64,000 nucleotides of DNA from Camelus ferus. Its lineage: Eukaryota. The stretch covers positions 24,118,001-24,182,000 of the forward strand of contig NC_045715.1 of the NCBI RefSeq assembly GCF_009834535.1, written 5' to 3'. The notes beneath the pieces were generated by a model. That model made no database searches and was not told the origin of the DNA. It saw nothing but the letters and a program-made list of their open reading frames with translations. Below, in pieces: positions 47,001 to 59,569 of the stretch. The stretch's first letter is position 1. The number at the start of each line of letters is the position of its first letter. Both the position numbers and the translations under genes were made by a program.

Positions 47001-50000
47001 TTTTTAAAACTGCTCTTTTAGAACAGGAAACGGCTCAGATCCTGCTGTGGCATGGGGCCTGTGTGTCTCAGTCGCATCTGCTGTGAAGCACACGATGCTC
47101 TATTTNNNNNNNNNNNNNNNNNNNNNNNNNNNNNNNNNNNNNNNNNNNNNNNNNNNNNNNNNNNNNNNNNNNNNNNNNNNNNNNNNNNNNNNNNNNNNNN
47201 NNNNNNNNNNNNNNNNNNNNNNNNNNNNNNNNNNNNNNNNNNNNNNNNNNNNNNNNNNNNNNNNNNNNNNNNNNNNNNNNNNNNNNNNNNNNNNGTGTTT
47301 GACGTCATCAGTGGGGCCTGCCCTTCTGTTCCTAATGTCTGCAGCTTTCCCCTTGTCCCAGGAAGCCAGGGGCCATTAAGAATGGGGTTGTCTAGCAGTT
47401 GCAGACTCCAGCTGGAGAGGGCTCTGTCTGTCTGCCTGCCCGTCTGTCTCTTGGACCCCTGAGAGGGGTGTGAAGGTGGGTTCTGACGTTTTCCTCCCCA
47501 ACAGCTTGGCCTTCTGGGAGCTGTGGACAGTCCAGCCTACTTCCCACTTTTTGGCTTCCCTGTGGTCTTGTTCCTTTAGGAGCCTCTGCCCCTCATTCAG
47601 TGGGAAAAGTGGCCCTTTGGACATCTTGGGCAACTGTTCACCAAGCTCGCAGAGTTGGAGACTCTAGGCTGCTTCCGCCTCCTTTGCTGTTATTGCTGTC
47701 CCCATTCTATAAAGGAGCCGGGACACAGGGAGACGCACAGCATGAGCTGAGCTTCTTTCAGAGCTGGAAGGTTGAGTTGAGCCTGCCTGGTCTTCATTTT
47801 TCAGGCAAGAAAACAGGCTATGTTACCATGCTTCTGTGCTTGACTGGGAGTTAAGTGTCTCAGTGGTATGGCCGGAGGACACAGGAGTCTCCTGATCACC
47901 TCCTCCACAGGATCTTTGAAATTCTTGTCATTGAAGTCACTAAAGTGTGAAGGTTCTCAATCTGGTATAACATTGACAGAGTATGTCTAATGTACTGATA
48001 GTCCTTGTGTTACGTTTTGGGGGTGCAAACCTGTACACCCCTAGTGTCAGGATGCTAACAACCTGATTTATCACAGACAACTCTGAAAAGGCTTCCAGAA
48101 GAATGAAGCGATTAGTTCAAGCCTTAGAAAATGGGGTTAAAAATCCCTATATATGAACTTATGTTTTGAATTATAAAAACAATTTAGAAGGAAATTACAA
48201 GCTCACCATATAAAACATTTTGGAAATAAAGGGAAGATGACCGGATGGGTAGGATTTTAGCAGGTGAGGATAAAAAGAGAAGTAGATGAAGCAGTTTAAG
48301 CAAAAAGAGGCCTCAGGGAGGTATGGTGCGTATTCCGACTCTGGGCTAACCACCATCCTGTTTCATTTAAGTGGCAAGGCAGTGTGTTGGGATTAAGAGC
48401 CCTGTCACTCAATTGCTGTGTGTCCTCAAGCATGGTACTGGACCTCTCTGAGACTGCCTTAATAGAGGACACTGAAGCCAGGGCAAGGCATTAGTACATG
48501 GTAGGTGGCAGCATCCATTGAAGGCTTTGCATAGGGAAGAGCCTTGATTGGAACTTGGCAACTAATTAGACACCAGAGTCAAAAAGGAGTGTTAAGGCAG
48601 GGTCATTGTGTGGCTGGAGGGACCAGCACTGGGTTCGTGGGTGAAGAGGAAGAGTTTAATGTTTGATGAGTTTGTGTTGCTTACAGGACATCTGAAGAAA
48701 ACCCCCAGCAAGCAGATGGGACTGGGCCTGAAGTTCGAGTGGAAGGTAGGAAGAGATGATGGAAATGTGGGGCCACTGGAGCCCAGCAGGACAGTTAGGA
48801 GAATGTCCAAGGAGAAAGGGGGAAGGACGGGGCTGAGGAAGGCCCCTTATATTTAGAGGCTGGGGTTGGGAGTCAGAGGATGGAAACAGCACCTTCAGAG
48901 GGGTCTTGTCCCCAGGGAGGGCCTCAGTGCAGACAGTGTCAAGCCCTAAGGATCATCCAGCAACCCCATCACCCCCAACTCACTTCACAGAGAGAGGCAC
49001 ATCAGGTGTGCTCAGCATCAAAGAGCAGGAAGAGGCAGGGCAGGACCAGAACCCAGAACTCAGCACTCTGCTCTTCTCACACCCATATATTCAGAGCCCT
49101 TGAGGTGAGTAGAAGCTTCCTTAATGAATTTTATCAATGTTGTGATTAAAAATCATGGACTCAGGTCTAAAATATTATGATACTGGCGCATATAGGGGCA
49201 CTCTGACTAGGAATAGAAAATCTCAACTTTCCAAACACGTTTAAAAATATCATTAAAAGCATTTGCCAAAACCCTGGTCAGCTTGGCCACTTCCATTAAT
49301 GTAGTAGTTGCCATTAACACTTGAGTGTGAATTTGCCTTTCAGACCTGGCTCTCCTGACCTGGCTTATCTGTGAGCTTTGCCTTTGAGAGAAGACTGCCA
49401 GGCTCTAGGACAGGTGCTGAAGGGAAATACAGTTCGGGGGCCTTGTCTTCCTGGCTCTGCAAGCCCTCCCACGGTATATGTAGGGCAGTGTGTGGGGACA
49501 TCCGGTCCTGCCAGCTGCAGCCAGTCTGGCCTTTGCCGAGGGAAGGAGGTCTTTGGGAGAGGGAAATTGTTTCTCCAAAAGATGGGGAAGAAGTTTCTGC
49601 CTCACCATGTGGTGGGGAAGAGGGGCCAGAGAGGTGTGTGTCTGCTGGGCCAGAGCTGGGGGGGGACCTCTAACTTGACCTAAGCACTTGAGGGTGGCCT
49701 TCTGCTTATCCTTTTCCTTCAAGGGTGGAAATAAAAAATATATGTATGTATGTGTGTGTATATATAGGTTTTTTGTATATTTAAAATGTATTAATATGTT
49801 ATTTTTATATATTGCATACTATATTGTATATATTGTATAGAGAGATTAGTATTCTCTACAATTTTAATATTCTTAAGAGGGCCAGGACTCCCAGGCTACA
49901 TGAGTAGAAAAAGCTTATTATTTCCAATTTCATAAGGGTTGTGTTGTTATTTCAAAGAACATTGTGGGTCCTTTGCTTGGCACCTGTTAGGCTGGTGGGA

Positions 50001-52129
50001 AGTAGTGGGTTTCAGTCTAACTCCCCTTGCTTCTGAAGCAGTGTCTGAGTTCCTTCCTCCTCCTTTCTGCTTTGTACTGGACCCTTTTGGGGACCTAGAG
50101 GCAGTTTGAGGGATGCAACATTGATGGTTCCTGATGGGCAAGAGTGTAGGATGCACATAGGCCCAGGGGAGGGCCTCTTCTGCCAGCTTCACAGTCCAGA
50201 AGGACCCCCGAAGGTTTTTATCTGAGCTGGTCACAAGAGACTATAAACTTGTTCTTTGCTATCTAATTTGAAAAATTTTTTTTAAAGTGCAAAGGAGAAA
50301 GTAAGACTTCTGATTACCCAGAAATAACCATTTCCACTATTTTAATGTAATTCCTAACAGTCTCATGTGTTTTCTTGGTAGAGTGTGTGTTTATTTTCTT
50401 GTACTAGGTAGCTGAGGAATCAGCGGGGAGCTGTCTGCCATCACTGCAGAAGCTCTCGGCATGACTGGAACACAAGGCCCAACAGCTCCTCCGCCCCAGT
50501 TTAACTTTTCCTCACTTGCCGAGTATCGTGAATCGGCCCAAGCCAACCATTGCCTGTTATTGTTGTTCTGTTTTTTCCCTTTGTTTTGTAGTCTCTTGCA
50601 GTTGAAATTGAATGGGAGCTAAATATCTCTATCCCAGGAACTTTGCTAGGGTATATTTCCCTCAAATAATTCCTGGACCAAATCCCACCACATATTCAAA
50701 CACCTTTGAGTGAGGAGGCCCCCAAACTTCATATATTTTCTTCTCCAGCTTGAGAAGTTCCCACTCTCTGCCCTCTGGTACAGCCACCAGCACCTGGCAT
50801 AAAAGGTCACTCCAAGAGTGATGGACACACTCTTCTGAAGGCAAAACCAGCAGCTGAGTAGTCAGGTCAGGGGGCTGGAGCAATGGAACTTCAGACCAAG
50901 AATATTTTTGTTGTTTTCAGTATACCTTTACGTATAATAATTAAGGTCCACAGACTGTAAGTTTAATCTCCATGAATTTTTACATTTGTATCCATCCATG
51001 AAACCACCACCCAGACCAAAATACAGAGCATTTCCAGTGCCGCAGAAAGTTCCTCATGTTCCTTCCCAGTCGGTGTCCGCCTAGCCCAGCTGGGGAACCC
51101 CCACCCCCATTTAGGGTCTGGATGAGATAGGAGAGCTGTACTGTGGTGCCCACCCAGATTCCTGCTTTGGCTGTTTGGAGAATAAGGTACTTCTCAATTC
51201 AGAGTAAGACAGCCCTCCTGGGCCCCCTCCTTGGCCCCCTCCTCCTCACCCCTGGTGGTTGTGTTCTGGGGGAAGGAGCCCAGCCTCAGAGGCCTCCTCA
51301 CTAATGCAGACCTACGCTGGGAACACTTCAGTCTTCAGGCAACCCAGGCACAAGCAGGGCAGAAGGCATCCCTTGCACATTGTGTCCAAAACTTTTCTTG
51401 CCCACTGGCTGATGCCTGCAAGGCCATGATCCTTGGAGACTTGCCCATGATCCCCGTTTCCTTTGAGTTATTGGTATCCTGTGGAGATAAAGAATGTGTG
51501 GGCAGGTTTTGATGAGGCAGTAGAGCAAAGGACACTGGGTCCTTGAGGGGAGGATTAAAGAGGGGATGAAAATGGCCTATTTCCTGTTGGCTGACCTTGG
51601 TGACACAGACACACACTTCAGAGCCATCAAGGATGAAGGCTCACTGGAGTGACTTCAAAAGAATTACTCAGATCACAGGTGGGTGAAGGTCTGAGATAAG
51701 ACCGTAGGGTCAGGTGAAGAGACCCAGGGAGGGAGCCTTGTTTAGAAACAAAGCTCTGGAAACAAGATTGCTGAGCCCAATTGATGTGGGCAACCATGTG
51801 AAGCCAACTCTGTCCTTAGGCGTAAGAGCGTGGTGGGGTCGGCCTGGGCTGAGGGAGGAGGACACAGACCTCCCTGGGCCATCCCACAGGGCTTCTGGCT
51901 CCACTTGTGATTCTTGGCTTGGAAGGTTTTGGCTGCCAGAACCCAGACATTCCTCCTCCCTCCCTTATACTCTCTCTTCCCTTCTCCCTCCCCTTTCTGA
52001 CTCCCTCTCTCAGTCTCTCTCTCTCTTCAAATTTTATTATTATTTACTGTTTTTAACTTCAGTTGATTTACGTGATTCAAAATTTTAAAAATTCAAGAAA
52101 ATCTCCCTCCTTGTCCCCAGCCTTCTAAT

Positions 52130-53340
52130 TCTTTTCCCAGAAGCAACCAGTTTTATCGGTTACATGTGTAACTTCCCAGAGGTAGTTTAGTATCAGCGTA
52201 CGTGTGCACCTGTGTGTATGTGTTCCCTCTTTTATACAAATGGTATCATACTGTTCATATTGGTCTAGGCCTCATTTTTAAAAATTGTTTTTGTTAAATA
52301 GTGAGTAGACAAAAATAGTAGTTATACAATATGTATAAATTAAAAAAAAGCACCCACAATACAATAAGCTACCTGGTACCTAACACCTGTCCTGACAAAG
52401 AAGCAGGGCTTTTAAAATCCTCTAAGTGGCCCTTTCCAGCCCCACCTCTTCTTCCCCTAAATACTGTCCTGAATGTTATGCTTATCATGCTTTTTTTTTC
52501 CATTACGCTTTTTTTTTCCCTCTGCCTTATATTTATATCACCATACAATAAATATTGTGTAGTGTCTTACACTTTTTGGATTTTGAAGAGAAGGAAGTGT
52601 ACTGCATGGAATCTTCTACAACTTGCTTGCATCCCACCCATGATTAGATTACAGTCCTGAGATTCATTGGTCCTGATACAGTCACTTTCACTCTGGTATG
52701 GAATTCCACTGTATGAAGATACCACGATTAATTTTTCATTACGCTATTTAAGGACATTTGGGTTGCTTCCAATTTTTTGCTTCTAGGAACAGCACTGGTG
52801 TGAATGTTCTTGATTGTTTTTCCTGGTGTATATCTTTGGGGGGTTGGTTAGGGTAAAGATTTCCCTGGGGGCACTTGCAGGGGCCTAGAACACACATTGT
52901 CAACTTCAAGGCAAACTGCTTCCCAGAGTGGTGGTTTTAATTCACACACTTTCCAACTGTTTGAGAGTTCCCTTTGCTTCACTCCTTGCCGACGCTTGCA
53001 TTATAAGTTTTTAAAATTTTCCAGACTGATCATGTGAGATTGTAACTCATTGTTGTTTACATTTTATTTCTCTAATTATGCACGTTGCATTTTTTACTTA
53101 AAATATACTTTGGTGATTGTTCCATATCAGAGCAGTAAGGACTTCCTCTTTCTTGAGCTGGAGAATGTTCTATCATATGAAAATCTGACTGATTTAACCA
53201 ATTCCTTACTGATAGACATTAAATTGGTTCTAGTGTTTTACAGTCAATTCTGCAATGAATAGCTTTGTATATCAGTGGTAAAGTGCATCTGTATGTGGGC
53301 GAGTCTATATCTAGGTTTCTTACCTGGAACCTTCTGAGAC
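52130..53340 (-). mobile_element. Old L1ME-like 3'-end fragments
   Basis: aggacatttgggttgcttccaattttttgc and aaactgcttcccagagtgg motifs of antisense L1M 3' regions. Confidence 0.65.
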
Positions 53341-53364
53341 ATTTGGATGAAAATGCAAGACAGT

Positions 53365-53578
53365 TCTTTTTTTATTTTCTTTTTTATTGAAGTGTAGTTG
53401 AATTACATCAGTTTCAGTTGTACAGCAAAATGATTCAGTTATACATATACATACATATAATTTATTTTCAGATTCCTTTCTATTATAACTTATTCCAAGG
53501 AACTGAATATAGATCTTCGTGCTATACAGTAGGTCCTTGTTTATCTGTTTTATATATAGTAGTGTGTATCTGTTAATG
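53365..53578 (-). mobile_element. 3' end of a younger artiodactyl-type LINE-1
   Basis: Poly(T) then ttattgaagtgtagttga...gctatacagtaggtccttgtttatc; minus-strand peptide INKDLLYST...ITESFCCTTET is the usual spurious translation of this L1 3'UTR. Confidence 0.82.
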
Positions 53579-55748
53579 GAAGACAATTTTTGCTACCCTC
53601 TGGCCTGGCACATATCTGTTTCTGGCAAATTCCCTTAATTCCTCCACTTCTCCAGGATGGAAACTGTATCTGCCCTGTCAGGTTTCACCACAGCACCTTT
53701 TCTCTCAGGTGCTGATGCTCATCTTCCCCCTTTTTCTCTGAACCAACCTGTTTCCCCTTTACTCCCCCCACCTTCACACAAATTCCTCAGGGATGGTCCT
53801 AGCCCAGCTCCTCCTTGCTACGGCTGTCCCCATCTCAAGAAATAGTATTCCCCAAGGAGCCAGACTTTGCCTGGCCCTGAAGGAGAGGAAAAGAAAGCTG
53901 ATGGCAGCCCTCACAGAGTGGATAGTCTCAGAGCGGGCAGGGCAACAGATACACAAAACAACCAAGAAGACATAGGACAGTTCCCAGCCCAGCACCTATT
54001 AGCTGGGCTGCCCAGGCAAACCTCTATGTGCCTGGGCCTCATTTCTTTATAAAAGGAGGACAGTGACACTTCTTTGGTGCTTGGGACAGATTGGGGCCGA
54101 TGTTCATGCACTTGTGGGTCATAGTTTTCCTTGGTATCAAGGACTTCTAATTCAAGATGCCATGCTAATAACTATGGTAGATGCAAGGGTCTGACGGCAC
54201 CCAGAGGAAGGCGAAGGAAGCCCAAATTGGAGGGGCTTCCTGGGGGAGGAGATAGTTGAGTTGTATCTATCGAGATAGGCATCATTTAAAAAGGCAAGTG
54301 GGGTAATCTCTCTTGATGGGAAGACCCTTGAAATCAGAAGACTGGAGGCTGAACGTGGAAAGGTTTGAGTGTGCTTGAGAATCAGTGAGTAATTTGGGGA
54401 GAGACATGAGTGTAAATGTTGTGGGACTGGGCGCTGGAGATGTGACTGGAGCTCCATCTTAGAGGCCTCAGTGGGCAAAGTGAGGTCTTAGGGTGGGCCC
54501 AGGAATCTGATCTGCAGCAATTCAGATGCACATTTAGGTTTGAGAATTGTTTTTAATTGCTGAGTAAAGAAGTGCAGCCTAGGATGATGGGATGTGGGGT
54601 TCAGCAGAGAGCCCAGCAGCTGGTCTGCAGGATTCTTTCTTTGGGAGGAAGCATGAAGGAAGCATTGTATTGCATTTGACTCAGGACACCCCCCTCAACC
54701 CTAGTCCCCGACACACACTGCTTTGACCTGGTATCCTGAAGGCACAGGGTTCCCATGGGCTGGGTGCCTGGAGCATCATATGTGAAAGGAAAAGATGACT
54801 TGCACATGTCCTCCAGGAAGTTTGGAAGCTAATCTGGGGAGTAGAAAGCCCTGGCTGGTGAAACAGCTACAGCAACCATTTTTCAGCTAAGCCCTTTAAA
54901 CTCATTATTCTCAGTCTCCCAATAGTCCAGGTGGGTTGGAGGTATTATCACATTATCATGCCTCTTCCACCCTGAAACTGAGCCTCAGAGAGTCTGGGTA
55001 ACTTGCACAAGGTCACATGATTAGCAGAGGTGGGACTCTTATCTCAGCCTTACTCTCTGGCTGTTTTTTCATACACAGAAATACTAATGGCCGGAGCCTT
55101 CAAAGCCTGAATTTATTTTCTTGTTTATTTGCCAACGACGATTAGAAAGATTAGAATATCTAGCCAACATTTGTCAAGTCCTCACACGTTCCAGGCAACC
55201 TCTGCACATACTAGCACATTTACTTCTCAGAAACCAAAAGGGTAGGTGCCCTTATCCCTGTGCTACAAGTGACGTTAAATGAGTGGTAAGAAGCAGAGCT
55301 TGGCAAAGCCCACTTTCTTAACTCATCTGCACCTTTGCTTCTTAATCAGTGATGTTTAATATATGATGCTAATAAATTATCATTCTAATATTATCTAAAG
55401 CCTCTGCTGAAATGGTGGCTCTTTCCTTGGTATTTCAGGGATGACAGGAAGGTCCTTCATCTGTTAAAAACCTAAACACCTTCTCACTAGTTTAGGGCTG
55501 CTTAGGGTTGCAAAAGTAGGGTTATATACCTTAAGTTGACAGCTTTGATCCTCAATAAAACAAGATGTTCCCAAGTGTTTTTCAATCTTTTGATGCTCAG
55601 GCCTGCTTTTCACTCCATAAACAGCTCTGTCCCTCTCTGTAGTTCTTAAAAACAAGAGTTTTTCCCCAAAAGTAACATTAAGTCACACCTATTATATATG
55701 ACTCCACCACTGTCACTATTTTACTAATTCTCTGAGGATTTTAGCTCC

Positions 55749-56408
55749 TGTTACTGAACCTGAATTTGGGTCCACTCACCTGACAGACAGCAAAGCTAAT
55801 CAACTGACACCAGGTTGTAGTGAAGGAAAAGGACAGTGTTTGTTGCAGGCACTGTGCAAGGAGAACAGGCAGCGTGTGCTCAAAAAATCCAAACTCCCTG
55901 ATGGTTTTCAGGAAAAGATTTTTAAAGGCAACATTAGGGATGTGGATTGCAGGGTGCCTGATCAGCTCGAGGATATTATTCTGATTGGTTGGTGATGAAG
56001 TAACAGGGTGATGTTTCAGGAGTCAGTGTCTTCAACCTTCTGGTCCCAACCAGCCTCAGGTGTTTTCATCAGCAGTTTTCATGGCAGGGAAGGAGGCGGG
56101 TAGGGGTCTGGTTTCTATAAAAACAACTTAGGAATGTGTGCCAGACCTTGTTATCTCTATCTTTCAGGGAGCTGGGAGTTCAGTGACTCTGCTATGTGGC
56201 TGATTTATAGTCTAAATTGTTACCAGTTTCCCAACCCAACAGCTATTCTTTGTTTCTGTGTGTTCACATTTCCTAATCATTAACTCTTGAGCCGGCCTTT
56301 TGAGACTGAGGGGAGGCTTGAAGCAAAGACTTTTACCTCAAGAGATGGGGGACATGGGAGGGGGGCTCATATACCTGAGAGGGTCCTAAAGAGTCCTGCT
56401 CAGTTTCA
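55749..56408 (-). mobile_element. ERV solo LTR (family not assigned)
   Basis: TG...CA termini (tgttactgaacc / tgctcagtttca) and LTR-like internal sequence. Confidence 0.65.
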
Positions 56409-56409
56409 T

Positions 56410-57010
56410 TCCCAGCTCACTGTGCTCTCCCCAACTCATCCCAACATCGTGGTGCTTTCGCCATCCACTTGCCTGATCCACTGACTCTCTGGCCTCCCTG
56501 TTCTTCAGCCTCCTTTTCCCCAGGGACCTCCCCCAGTGTGGGCTCTCTTCGCAGCTCCACACTCAAGCCCTGAACTCTCCAAAGATCCCACATTCAAACC
56601 TCTTTCTAGCTCCTCTCTTCAAACCTTTTCTCCCATGGGCCCCATAGCCCACTGACTTCACCACCTTTCACTGACCCCTTCAAATCCCTCCTCCCCTCCT
56701 TTCCCTGCCTCAATTCCATGGTTAGTTATCACGGCTCCTCTCTTGTCTACACCCTCCACTCCCATACCTTGAGTCTGCTAGATAATACTCGGCAAAACTC
56801 CAGCCCAGTTCAATCCAGCTCTCCATCAACTCCACCTGCTCTACCTTTTATTTCACTTGTCTACTTTTCTTGCTTCTGTCTGCCCCCATAGACCATCAGC
56901 CCCATGAGGGCAGGTACTGTGCCTTGGTCCCCTGCTCTGTCCTGGCATCAGAAGAGTGCCTGGTGCACTGCCCAGGCATATTCAGTGAATGTTCATGTTT
57001 GTTGAATGAA
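56410..57010 (+). mobile_element. L2 fragment with 3' end
   Basis: CT-rich body then ccccatgagggcagg...gtgcctggtgcac...gttgaatgaat. Confidence 0.65.
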
Positions 57011-57628
57011 TTTCTTTCAACATGTGGAGAAGGATCTGAGAGCTAGTTTATGGTAGTATCTGGGGGAAAAGTGGAGGATGGAAATCACATTGTGTCCAAG
57101 GAGGGATAGAGAAGGTGGAGGGGCAGGATGAGAGGATAAGGAAGACAAGCCAGAGACTCCTTAAGTTTGCCCAAGGAGAATGCTGCTATTCCTTCCTAAT
57201 TGGCTCTTCTTGTTCTGGGAGGAGATCTTGAAAGAGTTCTTCATTCTCAAGCCCAAATTACAGAATTCTAAACCTTTACTAAACTATTATTTCCTACCAT
57301 TCTTGGTTACTTAAGGCTTCCGAGAAGACATTTGGATGGCCGTGATTAGCACGGACATCTAAGGCCAGGAGTGACCTAACCAGTCACCTCCCACAACCCC
57401 TGAATTTACAAGCAGGGAATTGATGCCCAGAGAACAGAAGGACACATGAGTGCTGGTGGCAGAACCAGAGCTCGAACCCAGGAGTCTTGCCCTGCAGTCC
57501 TGGGTACCCTGCTGCTGCCTGCTATGTGGCCCCACTCCACTGTTAACGTGCTGTCATTTGCCTGATTGTGCTTGAAAGAAGCAGAGAAAATGTTTTGTCT
57601 AACCCACACTGAATACTCATGAAAAACT

Positions 57629-58025
57629 CTGTGGAAGAGATTTATCACCATTTTGGGTCCCTGGACTCTTTAATCAATAGAAATTTATAAGAGGCCAGAC
57701 TAGGAATTCAGGCAAGGCTTTACTGGGACTCCTGCTATAGCACAAGGGAGCAAAAACAAGTAACAGGTTCCCTTGCTGGCTCCCTGAGCTGCCGGGTGGG
57801 CTGGTTCCTTAAACAGGGTGAGGGTAGGGGTGGATCGGTGGGTCAGGCCAGAGGGGCGACTTAGGTGATCTGCCCACTCCCTTGGTGGTGCTGTGTGTAG
57901 GGATCATGTGCAGGGATCACCCTGCTTTTGCTCCTGGCATCTCAGAAGTGGCAGTTGGCTCGTGGCCTTTTTTTATATTATTGTTCATAATTGCCCTGAC
58001 TGCTCACGCATGTAGTTTTAGTTCC
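57629..58025. mobile_element. ERVL-like solo LTR (family not assigned)
   Basis: Begins tgtggaagagatttatcacc; ggccagactaggaattcaggcaaggctttactggg resembles an antisense LTR U5 region. Confidence 0.55.
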
Positions 58026-59569
58026 CTTATTGTTTCTTTGTTTGCTGTTGCTGAGGAGACATTCAGGTGCAAGCACTGCAGTAAAGGGTCCCAGGTCCCA
58101 GCCTGTCTCAGATTAAAGGATCTAGCGAGGCTCCAGCCAACCTGTATGATGTGCTTACAGTGGGACACACATTCCCTCATCTGACCCCCACAGCAGCCCC
58201 CTGAGGCAGGTGCTGTTTTACCCCCATTGTACAGAGAAGGAAACTGAGACACAGGAGGTTACACAACTACACACGTAGTTAGGCAGTGACAGAGCCTCTG
58301 TGTGATTCAAGAGCCTCTGCTTATAACCTTGATGCTCTAGGTTCTTAAATGCCATACCGAAATGACTTTTCAATTTAAGCAAACTTTTTCCCCTGAAAGA
58401 TTTGAGTGCTGTCGACAAAAAGCACTCTGACCCTCTGAAACAGGATGTGGTATGACAAGGTAGGCACTGCTTGCTAAATTGGGTGCTGGCGGTATTTCAG
58501 CCCCAAGTCCGAAGGGGAAGTGCCAGAGGGCAGGGGAAGGGGAACTGATGCCTCGAGAGTCCCACTTTGTGCCAGGTGCTTTCTGTACATCAGCTCCACT
58601 CAGTTCTCCCAATGGGCCTAGGTCATGGGGTCCCACAGCTAGTCGGTGGTAGAAGTGGAATTCAAACTATACACATGTTTTTACTCTATCAAAAGCTTCC
58701 CAAGGCTGTGTTATACAGGATGTGTTTAAACACCACAAATAAGGCATTTCTGGGTCATGAGCTTGGAATCTGAAGTAATCTCGGTAAGTCCCAGCTGAGA
58801 CTCTGACCATTACATTCTTTCCTTCTTCTTATCTCTTGAGAACTGAAAAATTCTGTACAGACTAGACTTTCCACTGAGATGGGTTAAAGAGTTTGAACCA
58901 ACTAATCACTAAGTTTTGACTCCAAAAAAGGATACAACTTATTCTTAAGTCAGATGCATTTTTTTTAAAACTAAATTGTCCACAGGATCCCAAGTTTAGC
59001 ATTTTTGTCTTTTTAAAGATCAGTGAACTAATGTGAGGTTTCTAAATAGCGGCAGCCCAATCTAATAGAAGGAACCATGGCTTGGGAGTCAGGACTCCTG
59101 GGTCTTGGGCCTGTCTCTGACTTGAGCTTGCTGTGTGACCTTGAACAGTTTATCTCCCATTCTGCGCCTCAGCACCATGAAAATAAAGGGCTTGTGTCTG
59201 ATGAGCTCTCTGTTCCCCTCTAGACCTCAAGTTCTAGGGTAGGACCATGGGCTCTGGACTCAGACACTGGAGTTCAAACCCCTGTGTCATCATTTACTAA
59301 GTAGTAAGTGAACATGTTGGACAAGCAGCTTAAGTACTCTGGGATTCAGTTTCTTCATATGTAGAACAGATTGATAATACCGGTTTACAGAGTTGCAAAG
59401 ATTGAACGGGAAAATTCCGTAGTGCCCAGCATGAGCAGAAGATGCACCCAACATTGGTTAGATGCAGTAGTCATGAGAGTTCTTTATATGTTATTAAAAA
59501 TCAGTAAAGAACCAGATCATAAAACGCTGAACTTCCACCAATAAATATTTATTGAACATATATTCTTCA

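Larger units (their letters stand above)
45077..47295 (+). other. BRPF3: BRPF3 3'UTR (distal end uncertain, possibly in N block 47106-47294)
   Basis: No recognisable interspersed repeat after the stop; AU-rich block 46380-46830; AATAAA at 46633. Confidence 0.65.

Noticed and set aside
53320-53586. 88-aa minus-strand ORF that looks like a conserved small protein
   Set aside because: It is the translation of an artiodactyl L1 3'UTR.
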